Shown: piece after piece, positions 19,930 to 28,271 of the stretch
Layout: each line of letters opens with the position of its first letter
Position numbering within the stretch: position 1 is the stretch's first letter
Assembly (NCBI GenBank): GCA_963843645.1
Contig: CAWJLE010000005.1
Span: forward strand, 119,494 to 183,493
Source of the DNA: an uncultured Chloroflexia bacterium
GTDB lineage: Bacteria; Chloroflexota; Anaerolineae; DAOTYC01
Reading direction: 5' to 3'
DNA length: 64,000 nt
Position numbers and translations under genes: made by a program
The notes under the pieces: model-generated
What the model was told of the DNA's origin: nothing
Databases searched by the model: none
What the model saw: only the letters and a program-made list of their open reading frames with translations

Positions 19930-21203
19930 TCACTTCCGCTTAAACATGCCCATCACCAGGCCGCTGCAGCCTTGCAGTGGAGCGACCGCGGAGCTCGATT
20001 GCTCCGATGGTGTGGTGGGTTCTGGCTGAACACTGGGCGTAGGCGACGGCGCAGGTGTCGGCTGCGCCGAAACGAAACGGACGGCGCGCGCGACGTCCAC
20101 GCGACCGCCTCCTTGCGTATTCGCGTCCAGCCGCAGATTGACGGCCGTCTGCTTCAGGATGTCTTTGACCTGGTCCGGCGTCGAGCCCGGTCGGGCCTGC
20201 AGGACCAGGGCCGCCGCGCCCACGGCGTGGGGCGTTGCCATGCTCGTCCCGGAAAGCTCGAATGTAATGGTCGTCCACAATATCGCCCAGCGAAGTGCCG
20301 CTCGCGCCGACAGGAGATGATGTCCAGGCCCGGAAGCAGGACATCGGGCTTGGTGCGGCCGTCCTTGGTGGGACCGCGCGCGGAAAAATCGGCGACTGTG
20401 TCGTCGTCCGACGAGGCGCCGACGGTGATGACCCGCCGGGCGCAGCCCGGCGTACCCACGGATCCGGCTCGCGGCCCCGCATTTCCGGCTGCCGTGCACA
20501 CCACGATACCCTTGTCGACGGCCATGTCGCACGCCTCCGACAGCGCATCGGTCCCGTCCGCGGGGCCATCGCTGCCGAGCGAAAGGCCGATAACGTGCAC
20601 GCGTTGCGAGACGGCCCACTCGATGCCGGCCATCACATCGCTCATCATGCCGCTGCCCTCGGAGTCGAGCGCCTTGGCAATGTACAGCGCCGCGTCTGGA
20701 GCCACTCCGCGATAGCGGCCGTTGCTCGCTGCCCCGCTTCCGGCTGCAGCTCCCGCCACGTGCGTGCCATGCCCGTTGTCATCCACGTAGGTCTTGCCGG
20801 CTTGCAGGCCGACGCCAGCCGCGATGCGTCCGGCGAAGTCAGGATGGTCGGGGTCGATGCCGGTGTCGACGATGGCGATCTTGATACCGCGCCCCGTCCG
20901 CCCGCTCTTCCACACCGCCGGCGCCCCGATCTTGGGCACCGACGTGTCCAGGTAGGCGTGGACGGGCAGGTCAAGCCAGATTCGGTCCACTTCCGGAGCC
21001 CGAGCCAGGGCAGCCACTTCCGCGGGCCGTGCGTCCCACGCTGCTCCCTGAAAAAAACCGAAATGGTACTTCGGCCGGGTGCCCGGCAGGAAGGCCTGCG
21101 CGGTCACGACTCCCTCACGGTACTTGACGATGATAGGTATCTTCGCCTGATGGTCGCCCGTGCTCAGCGCCTGCACGAGAGGTCGAGTTATCTTGCCGGG
21201 CAT
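19930..21203 (-). CDS. Subtilisin-like serine protease (peptidase S8) with I9-like propeptide (two frame breaks near 20310 and 20270)
   Basis: The catalytic triad lies in IAIVDTGID, HGTHVAGAAAG (ORF 20154..21203) and SGTSMATPHAVGAAAL (ORF 19930..20619). The frames bridge through ASGTSLGDIVDDHY (ORF 19940..20569). There is a Pro/Thr/Ser-rich C-terminal linker and no obvious signal peptide. Confidence 0.85.
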
Positions 21204-21270
21204 GCCTGCAAACCTCCTGCGAGTTTTTTTCGCGAGGCTCAGGAAAGGCGCTGGCGAGAACGGATGTCTC

Positions 21271-21546
21271 TCAGCGCCCTCCCGGTGCGGGGACGGTCCT
21301 GACTGGTCGGTCTTCCTCTATACGAAGCACCCAGTCGTGCGCGTTCAGGGCCAGCAGGGCCCGCCCAGGCCCCGATACTGCCAGCTTGTTGGTCAGCGAG
21401 AAAGTGCGTCTCACCGTGAGTTCGAGTTGCTCCGCGCGGACCGCTCGAGCCGTGGGGTCGCCGGCCACGGTGACGATGGCGTCGAAGGATCGATCTGGTT
21501 CTTGGTGCCAGAGCGCCACCAAATGTTCGTTCGTCCGCTTGTCCAC
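21271..21546 (-). CDS. Small protein resembling a free-standing subtilase propeptide (inhibitor I9-like)
   Basis: GTG at 21546 lies about 10 nt after GAGGTG. The 91-aa product VDKRTNEHLVALWHQEPDRSFDAIVTVAGDPTARAVRAEQLELTVRRTFSLTNKLAVSGPGRALLALNAHDWVLRIEEDRPVRT has the beta-alpha-beta pattern and ...V..IEED..V ending typical of I9 propeptides. It lies directly upstream of the S8 protease. Confidence 0.45.
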   Translation of the reverse strand: MDKRTNEHLVALWHQEPDRSFDAIVTVAGDPTARAVRAEQLELTVRRTFSLTNKLAVSGPGRALLALNAHDWVLRIEEDRPVRTVPAPGGR

Positions 21547-21690
21547 GACGTTTGCACACCTCGCGCCTCGAGTCTTAGCCCCCTCATCATACCACAAGGT
21601 TAACGCCAGGTCAAAATTCACTTTGTGCTGCCACGCTGTAACCGGTGAGGGAAACCCAGGTGAACGACTGCGGACGGACGAGGACGGGCG

Positions 21691-21783
21691 GAACCGCAGA
21701 TGAACGCAGATAGATACAGATAGAAAGAGGATAAATGAAGTGCTGGTTTTCCTCTGTGATTTTCTGCGTTCATCTGCGGTTTC
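21691..21783. repeat. Inverted repeat element: 18-bp arms ACCGCAGATGAACGCAGA with about 52-nt AT-richer spacer
   Basis: ACCGCAGATGAACGCAGA at 21693-21710 is the exact reverse complement of 21763-21780. The spacer holds CAGATAGATACAGATAGAAAGA sub-repeats. It sits in the gap between the priA stop and the I9-like gene. Confidence 0.8.
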
Positions 21784-21817
21784 TGTCACCGTTTCCGGGG
21801 GTAGGACAGTGCGAAGG

Positions 21818-24814
21818 TCAGAGGACATCAAGCGGATCGACGTCGACCTGCCAGCCGGGTGGAGGTGGGTCGTCGCGGAGCAGAGCCAGAGGATCGCGCG
21901 CCCGGACGATGAGATGCCAGCGATAGCGGCCGTTGATCCGAGACATGAAACATGGCGCCGGTCCAATCAGGCTGATCCCCGGCAGACCCAGCCGATCGAT
22001 CCGGTTCTTGAGAACGTGGAATAGCGTTTCCGCCTGGCGCCGGCACTGGCTTTCATCCGAGTTGCTGTAGATCAACCTCACCAGGCGGGCGTAAGGGGGA
22101 TAGACCTGCCGGTGCCTAAATTCCATCTCCTGGCAATAGAACGTGGCGTAATCGTGCCGGCCGGCCGCCTGGATCGCGTAGTGCTCCGGAGCGTAGGTCT
22201 GGATGACGACCTGGCCTCCCAGCACACTGCGACCGGCTCGCCCCGCGACTTGTGTCAGCAATTGGAACGTGCGCTCACCGGCGCGGAAATCCGGCAAATT
22301 GAGCGCTGTATCGGCGCTGATCACTCCAACGACGGTGACCAGCGGCAGATCGAGCCCCTTGGCGACCATCTGCGTGCCGATCAAGATGTCAGCCTCACGC
22401 CGCGTGAAACGCTCCAGAATGAGCTCGTGCGATCCCTTCTCGGCGGTGACGTCGCGGTCCCAGCGCAGGATGCGGGCTTCGGGAAACGCTTCGGCCGTCA
22501 GGTCAGCCACCTTCTCCGTCCCCAGCCCAAAGAACCGGATTCGTTCGCTGCCGCACTGCGGGCAGCGAGTTGGAACGGGGAAGCGCCGGTTGCAATGATG
22601 GCACTGCAGTTGAGCGCCGTGACCGTGAAAGGTCAACGATACGTCGCAGCGTGGGCACTTGACCACCGCGCCGCAATCGCGACACATGACGAACGTTGCC
22701 GTGCCGCGACGATTCAGAAACAGAATGACCTGCTCACGCGCCGCCAGCGCACCGCGTACGGCAGCGGCGAGAGGCCGGCTGAAGATGCTGCGATTGCCGG
22801 CCTTGAGTTCCTCCCGCATGTCGACGATCGTGACCGGGGGCAAGTCAGAATAGGCTGCACTCGTCTCGCTGGACCTTGCCTGGTCAGAAAGCTGTTGCAA
22901 GCGCGCCAGTTTGGCCGGTCCTGCGCCCAGCGGCCGCGTCGACCGCAACCTTTCCTTCAGATCCTCGCAGCTCCACAGGATGCGCCCCGGCAGTTCCAGG
23001 AGACCGTATTCGCCGCGCTGGGCACGCTCGTATGTGACCACATCAGGTGTCGCGCTGCCCAGGATGAGCGTCGCACCGTTCAGCCGGGCCAACTCGACCG
23101 CGGCGTCGCGGGCGTGGTAATAGGGCGCGCGGCCGTTCTTGTAGCTGCCGTCGTGCTCTTCATCGATAATGATGAGCCCCAGATTGGGGACGGGCGCGAA
23201 CAACGCTGAGCGCGTACCCACGACTACGGGCAGTGTCCGGGAGCGCACCTGCCGCCATTGGTCGTAACGCTCGCCCAGCGACAGGTCGCTGTGCTGGATC
23301 GCGATCTGATTCGGAAACCGTCCGGCGAAGCGCTGAATCGTTTGTGGCGTCAGCGCGATTTCGGGCACCAGGACGATCGCGCCGCGGCCCTGGACCAGCA
23401 CCTGCTCCAGCGCCCGCAGATAGATCTCCGTTTTACCGCTGCCGGTCACGCCGTGCAGCAAGAAGGTCCGACCGGAGGCGGCCGTCGGCGTCAGCGCTTG
23501 CCGTATCTCACCCCAAACGTGCTCCTGGTCGGGCGTCAACTGCGGCGCCGCGAACGAACCCGGTTGCCTGGCGGAGAGCGGGTTGCGAAGCACCTCCTCT
23601 TCGTCGATCTGGATCAGACCGTGCTTTTCCAGGTCGCGCAGCGTGCTGGAGGTCGCCCCGGTCTGGGCGTAGACCCAGCCGAGCCACACCGGTTCCCCTT
23701 CGTCTTGCAGGAATTTCAGCGCCGCCAGGTGCTTATCCGAGCCACGCAGGCGCAAAATCTCGGCGACGATCGCCTCGGGCGCGGCGGTCAGAGCAACCGT
23801 TCCTGCCAGCGATACACGTTCGACACACCCGCGATCCGCGAGCACCCGAAGCGCCTTCGAGTCGATCTCAGCCTGGCGGCAGACCTCACGGGCTTCCAGC
23901 CCGGCGGGCACTGCGAGCAGGAGCGTGCGCACGGCGTCCCATTGGCCGGGCGTTCTCCCGGGCAGTTCGGAGGGTTTCTGCTGCGGCAGTCGAATCCAAT
24001 CCCGCGCCGGGGTCACCTGAAGGAATCCACGCGCTTCCAGCTCGCGAAGCGGACTCAGCCCGCACCCCGCCGTCTGCATCACCCACTCCGGCGACGGCAG
24101 GGGATCATCCCCTTCTAACAGGGTGCAGAGCACGTCGGCCTGGCGCGAGGTACGACCGAGCCGCAGCTTCTCTCGTTCGATCGTCTCTGGGTCGGCGATG
24201 AGCTGGACGAGTTGCTCGACTTTCGGTTTGGCGCGTGGTCCAGCCAGAATCTGCCGGCGGACGGCGTAGCCGGCGCGCACCCAACGGCGAATAGCTGCTT
24301 CGGCCGGAGCCGGGCCCAACCGGCGTTTCACGGTGAGTGCCGAGAGACGCCCCTGCTGCTGCAGCTGGCGCAACAAGGCTTGCTCCGCGTGTCGGAGGTC
24401 ACCGGACGGGGCGCTTTCTCCTGGTTCCAGGTGCAACTGCAACCGACGCACCAGGCCGGGCGGCAGCATGAGCTGAACCGCGCGTGGCAGCGGGGCCAGG
24501 TACTCCCGGCTGATCCAGCGAGCCAGCGCGATCTGCGGCAGGGTCAAAACCGGCCGCGGATCGCTGATCTCCTGAATGGCTTTGGTTTCAGCGACCGGAG
24601 AAGAGTCGGACAGGCCGACGATGATTCCCTGGCGCTCGACCGTACCGAACGGCACGACCACGAGCAGGCCGACGGCGATGTGCGCGCTCAGGTGTGGCGG
24701 GATCGAATAGTGGTACGTCTTCTCCCAGATAGAGTCGTGCGGCGATGAAGAGGAGCCCCGGGCGATCCTGCGCCCCACCGCCGGCGCGCTGACGACGATT
24801 TCGGCGAATGTCAT
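21818..24814 (-). CDS. priA: Primosomal protein N' (replication restart helicase PriA), unusually long (998 aa)
   Basis: LHGVTGSGKTEIY (Walker A), IIIDEEHD (DExH), and Cys-rich zinc module CRDCGAVVKCPRCDVSLTFHGHGAQLQCHHCNRRFPVPTRCPQCGS. The N-terminal 3'-DNA-binding region is followed by an insertion of about 300 aa before the helicase core. Confidence 0.93.
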   Translation of the reverse strand: MTFAEIVVSAPAVGRRIARGSSSSPHDSIWEKTYHYSIPPHLSAHIAVGLLVVVPFGTVERQGIIVGLSDSSPVAETKAIQEISDPRPVLTLPQIALARWISREYLAPLPRAVQLMLPPGLVRRLQLHLEPGESAPSGDLRHAEQALLRQLQQQGRLSALTVKRRLGPAPAEAAIRRWVRAGYAVRRQILAGPRAKPKVEQLVQLIADPETIEREKLRLGRTSRQADVLCTLLEGDDPLPSPEWVMQTAGCGLSPLRELEARGFLQVTPARDWIRLPQQKPSELPGRTPGQWDAVRTLLLAVPAGLEAREVCRQAEIDSKALRVLADRGCVERVSLAGTVALTAAPEAIVAEILRLRGSDKHLAALKFLQDEGEPVWLGWVYAQTGATSSTLRDLEKHGLIQIDEEEVLRNPLSARQPGSFAAPQLTPDQEHVWGEIRQALTPTAASGRTFLLHGVTGSGKTEIYLRALEQVLVQGRGAIVLVPEIALTPQTIQRFAGRFPNQIAIQHSDLSLGERYDQWRQVRSRTLPVVVGTRSALFAPVPNLGLIIIDEEHDGSYKNGRAPYYHARDAAVELARLNGATLILGSATPDVVTYERAQRGEYGLLELPGRILWSCEDLKERLRSTRPLGAGPAKLARLQQLSDQARSSETSAAYSDLPPVTIVDMREELKAGNRSIFSRPLAAAVRGALAAREQVILFLNRRGTATFVMCRDCGAVVKCPRCDVSLTFHGHGAQLQCHHCNRRFPVPTRCPQCGSERIRFFGLGTEKVADLTAEAFPEARILRWDRDVTAEKGSHELILERFTRREADILIGTQMVAKGLDLPLVTVVGVISADTALNLPDFRAGERTFQLLTQVAGRAGRSVLGGQVVIQTYAPEHYAIQAAGRHDYATFYCQEMEFRHRQVYPPYARLVRLIYSNSDESQCRRQAETLFHVLKNRIDRLGLPGISLIGPAPCFMSRINGRYRWHLIVRARDPLALLRDDPPPPGWQVDVDPLDVL

Positions 24815-25671
24815 GGCTGGCCAGGATCTCCAGATCGACTGGCCTGCCAGATCGCCGCAGACAGGTAACCGACCACGCGCCGCCGGTCCCCGGTCACGTC
24901 GCCGGAGTTGGCGTAGTTCAGAACCGTGGCCCGGTCGGCGCCCGTGGCGCGGGCCGCGAGCATCACGCTGACCACCGCGCCGCCGCCGCAGGCTTCGGCG
25001 TTGCCGTCCTGCAGCGCCTGGGCCAGACCCACCGGATCGTACTCAGCGACGTGGCTTTGGACCACGCCGTCGAGCGCGACGGCTGCTTTGTATGGGTGGA
25101 AATGAGACAGGTCGGTGCTGGCCACCAGGAGTGCAGTCTTGCCCTGCAGCACCTCGGCCAATCCCTGCGCCAGCATCTGGGAAGCCGGCAGCGACTGGTC
25201 CCCTTGCATCACCGGCAGGAGTTTGAACGGAGGCAGTACACGCTGCAGGAATGGCAGCTGAATTTCCAACGAGTGTTCGTCGTCCCATTCCACGCGAGAA
25301 ATGGGCACGCGAGCCGCCAGCGCATCGACCGACGTTTCGTCGATTTCTACCAGGCCGAGCGGGGTTTCGTAGTACCTGGCGTCGTTGACGACGTACGGGC
25401 CGACGTACATACGATGCATGGGCGATACGACGGCGACGATGTCGAAGCTGAGGCCCTGAAGTTGACGATAGGCGTGCGCCGCGACCTGCCCGGAGTAAAC
25501 GTACCCCGCGTGCGGCGAGACCACGCCGAGCAGGCGGCCATCGAGCGAGGTCTGGTCGACTCGGGAGAGAAAGCGATCGATCGTCGCGCCCAACTCGCGG
25601 GCCGTTCCCGGGTACCAGGTCCCTGCGATGGCCGATTTTCGAACGTTTCGGGCTGCTAACGCGTTCACCAT
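24811..25671 (-). CDS. MEMO1-family protein (AmmeMemoRadiSam system protein B-like)
   Basis: AGTWYPG ... VVSPHAGYVYSGQVAAHAY ... STDLSHFH is characteristic of the Memo / extradiol-dioxygenase-B-like fold. The stop overlaps the priA start (ATGA at 24811-24814). Confidence 0.8.
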   Translation of the reverse strand: MVNALAARNVRKSAIAGTWYPGTARELGATIDRFLSRVDQTSLDGRLLGVVSPHAGYVYSGQVAAHAYRQLQGLSFDIVAVVSPMHRMYVGPYVVNDARYYETPLGLVEIDETSVDALAARVPISRVEWDDEHSLEIQLPFLQRVLPPFKLLPVMQGDQSLPASQMLAQGLAEVLQGKTALLVASTDLSHFHPYKAAVALDGVVQSHVAEYDPVGLAQALQDGNAEACGGGAVVSVMLAARATGADRATVLNYANSGDVTGDRRRVVGYLSAAIWQASRSGDPGQP

Positions 25672-25796
25672 TTCATCCCTCCAGGCCGCAAACGGTTCTC
25701 TGCCTCAATCATACAACCTGGCCCGCCGTTGTCAAGCCATTTGCCACGCGAATCAAAAAAACCCGCTTCTCCTCGTGGAGAAACGGGTTGCGGCTG

Positions 25797-26417
25797 CTAA
25801 ATCTCCAGCTTCCGTTGCCTGACCCGGCACTTTTCAGCCTGGATGATGGCCAGAAGCTGATTCACTGTCTCGTCCAGGTGCGCGTCGCGGTTCACTACCA
25901 CGTAGTCGAACAGATCGACCTGCTCCATCTCCTGGCGCGCCGTTTCGATGCGTCTCTTCAGCTTCTCCGGAGGCTCGGTGGAACGGCTCTTAAGCCTGGC
26001 GATCAGCTCTTCTTCGGATGCGGCGGCCAGGAAGATGAACACGGCGTCAGGCACCAGCCGTTTGATCGTGGCGGCGCCCTGTACATCGACCCGCAAGACC
26101 ACGTCCAGCCCGCTGGAGAGAGCCTTTCGGACGTGGCAGCGAGGGATGCCTTTGTATTCGTCGTAGACGACTGCATACTCCAATAGCTCGCCCGCGGCGA
26201 TCATGCGCTCGAATTCCTCTTTGGTAACGAAGAGATAATCGTGTCCTTCTACTTCGTCAGGCCGCCTTGGACGGGAAGTGGCCGTGACGACAAAATAGAA
26301 AGGGTAGCCCTGTTTCCGGAGGCGCCGGATGGCCATGTCCTTGCCGACGCCAGACGGGCCCGAGATCACGATGAGGAGCGGCGAAGGGCGGAAATCGTAG
26401 GGCTCACGCTTCGGCAT
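25797..26417 (-). CDS. gmk: Guanylate kinase
   Basis: ISGPSGVGKDM P-loop, TTRPPRPGE-like TATSRPRRPDEVEGHDYLFV, 206 aa. It overlaps remA by 14 nt. Confidence 0.93.
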   Translation of the reverse strand: MPKREPYDFRPSPLLIVISGPSGVGKDMAIRRLRKQGYPFYFVVTATSRPRRPDEVEGHDYLFVTKEEFERMIAAGELLEYAVVYDEYKGIPRCHVRKALSSGLDVVLRVDVQGAATIKRLVPDAVFIFLAAASEEELIARLKSRSTEPPEKLKRRIETARQEMEQVDLFDYVVVNRDAHLDETVNQLLAIIQAEKCRVRQRKLEI

Positions 26418-26682
26418 CAGGGCCTGATTTCTCCCTTTGCTGACGCAGGCGCCCGACGATGGTCTCAGGCTGCAGGGCGGCTAAGACCACGTGTCCGCTA
26501 TCCAGTACGATGGCCGCCTTCGTTTTGCGGCCGTGGGTCATGTCGATGATCAGCCCTTGATCGCTCGCAACTCGAATCATGCGTTTCACCGGCGCCGAAT
26601 CGGGGCTGACGATCACCAGGATCTTGTTGGCCGCGATCACGCCGCCGAAGCCGATGTGCAGAAGCTCTGCTTTCATGTCCAC
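26404..26682 (-). CDS. remA: DUF370 protein, RemA-like extracellular-matrix/biofilm regulator
   Basis: LLHIGFGGVIAANKILVIVSPDSAPVKRMIRVASDQGLIIDMTHGRKTKAAIVLDSGHVVL closely follows the RemA/YlzA pattern. The remA-gmk order is conserved. Confidence 0.85.
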   Translation of the reverse strand: MDMKAELLHIGFGGVIAANKILVIVSPDSAPVKRMIRVASDQGLIIDMTHGRKTKAAIVLDSGHVVLAALQPETIVGRLRQQREKSGPDAEA

Positions 26683-26778
26683 GCTACGTCTCCATCAGTA
26701 CAGCTTGAGATCACTTGCCATGTCCGATCAGGTGCACTATAATGGTTCTAGATTTTGCACCTACCGGGGGAGAAAGTC

Positions 26779-27178
26779 ATGCCCATTTACGATTACCGAT
26801 GCAATCAGTGCGGCCGTCGGGTCTCCATTTTGTGGCGAACCTGGTCCGGACCTCGAAACGAAAACGCCGATTTGCTCGCGGTGCGGCAGCCACGACCTGA
26901 AGCGCCTCGTGGCGCGCGTTGCCATGCTGCACTCGGAAGACAGCCACCTCGAGAACCTGGCCGATCCCAGCGCCTTCGGTGATCTGGACGAAAACGACCC
27001 CAAGAGCGTCGCCCGCATGATGCGCAAGATGAGCCGCGAAGCAGGCGAAGACCTTGGCCCGGAGTTCGGCGAAGTCGTCGATCGCCTCGAGTCCGGGCAG
27101 TCGCCGGAAGACATCGAGTCAGCTATGCCAGGCCTCGGTGGCGAAGGCGGTGGCGCCGGCGATATGGAAGTGATGTAG
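26779..27178 (+). CDS. FmdB-family zinc-ribbon regulatory protein (one frame break near 26850)
   Basis: MPIYDYRCNQCGRRVSIL (ORF 26755..26982) continues as DLETKTPICSRCGSHDLKRLVARV in ORF 26579..27178, completing the CxxC...CxxC ribbon. An acidic C-terminal tail follows. Confidence 0.8.
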
Positions 27179-27201
27179 CCGGCGTCGGGACCACGTCGCG
27201 C

Positions 27202-27531
27202 CTAGAACTTCTCGAAACGGTCGACGTCCAGGACGAAGACCGTCGCTCCGCCCACCTGAACCTCGACCGGCGTCGGCATGTACAGTTCGCCCGGCTCCAT
27301 GATCGGCGGCAGCGGGTTCACGTATTGTGTACGAGTGTGGCAGTTGGCGCGAATGATGTCGAGGACGCTTTGAATGACCGCATCCTCGACGCCGATCAGG
27401 ACGGTTGAGTTGCCTTCGCGCAGGAATCCGCCGGTTGTGCTGACCATGGTCGCCCTGTATCCCGCGTGTGACAAGCCGTCCAACAGGGGCCGGGCGTCGT
27501 CGCTGTTGACGATGCTGATAATCAGCTTCAT
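27202..27531 (-). CDS. darA: PII-like cyclic-di-AMP receptor DarA/PstA (YaaQ, DUF970)
   Basis: MKLIISIVNSDDARPLLDGLSHAGYRATMVSTTGGFLREGNSTVLIGVED ... VEVQVGGATVFVLDVDRFEKF parallels B. subtilis YaaQ along its length (from memory). It lies downstream of tmk as in Firmicutes. Confidence 0.8.
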   Translation of the reverse strand: MKLIISIVNSDDARPLLDGLSHAGYRATMVSTTGGFLREGNSTVLIGVEDAVIQSVLDIIRANCHTRTQYVNPLPPIMEPGELYMPTPVEVQVGGATVFVLDVDRFEKF

Positions 27532-27597
27532 AGACTCGCTCCCTTTCGTCGTATGATAGGCTCGGGTTCTATAGCGGCTGCTCCATTATGCTGCACC

Positions 27598-28251
27598 TCA
27601 TGCACGTCCGGACACCCAATTCTCGACAATCGGCCAGACGCTTCGCCAAACCGCCTCGTATACTACTTCGGCGGGCGGCGTTGCGTTCACCACCAACCAG
27701 CGCTGCGGGTCGGCGGCGATCATCTGAAGGTACCCTTCCCTGACCCGCGTATAAAAGTCCGCCGTCTGTTGGTCCATTCGATTCCACTCGCCCAATTCGG
27801 ACTGGGCCGCGCCACGACGTCGGCCCAACCCGACGTCTACCGGTAGATCGAGATACACCGTCAGATCAGGCCGCAGCCCACACGTCGCGAACTCCGTCAG
27901 CGTGCGCAAGAAGTCCAGATCCAGCCCGTGCCCATAGCCCTGGTAGGCGAGGGTGGAATCCGCGTACCGATCACACACCACAACCTGCTGTGATGTCAGG
28001 CGCGGCAGAACGAACTCCCCGACGAGCTGCGCCCGCGACGCGGAGTACAGCAACACCTCTGAGCGCGGCAGCATCTCGACGTTCGCCGTGGAATGGAGTG
28101 TCTCCCGAATCTGCTCGCCGATGCGCGTTCCGCCTGGTTCGCGCGTCAGCACCGCCGGCACGCCGCGCTGCCGGAGATCGTCGAACAGCAACCTTGCCTG
28201 GGTGGATTTGCCGCTGCCATCCAGTCCTTCAAAGGTGATAAAGAGCCCCAC
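27598..28251 (-). CDS. tmk: Thymidylate kinase
   Basis: GLFITFEGLDGSGKSTQ P-loop, TREPGGT, DRY motif (VVCDRYADS), 217 aa. Confidence 0.93.
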   Translation of the reverse strand: MGLFITFEGLDGSGKSTQARLLFDDLRQRGVPAVLTREPGGTRIGEQIRETLHSTANVEMLPRSEVLLYSASRAQLVGEFVLPRLTSQQVVVCDRYADSTLAYQGYGHGLDLDFLRTLTEFATCGLRPDLTVYLDLPVDVGLGRRRGAAQSELGEWNRMDQQTADFYTRVREGYLQMIAADPQRWLVVNATPPAEVVYEAVWRSVWPIVENWVSGRA

Positions 28252-28271
28252 GGCGCCTCCAGGAATCGTCG

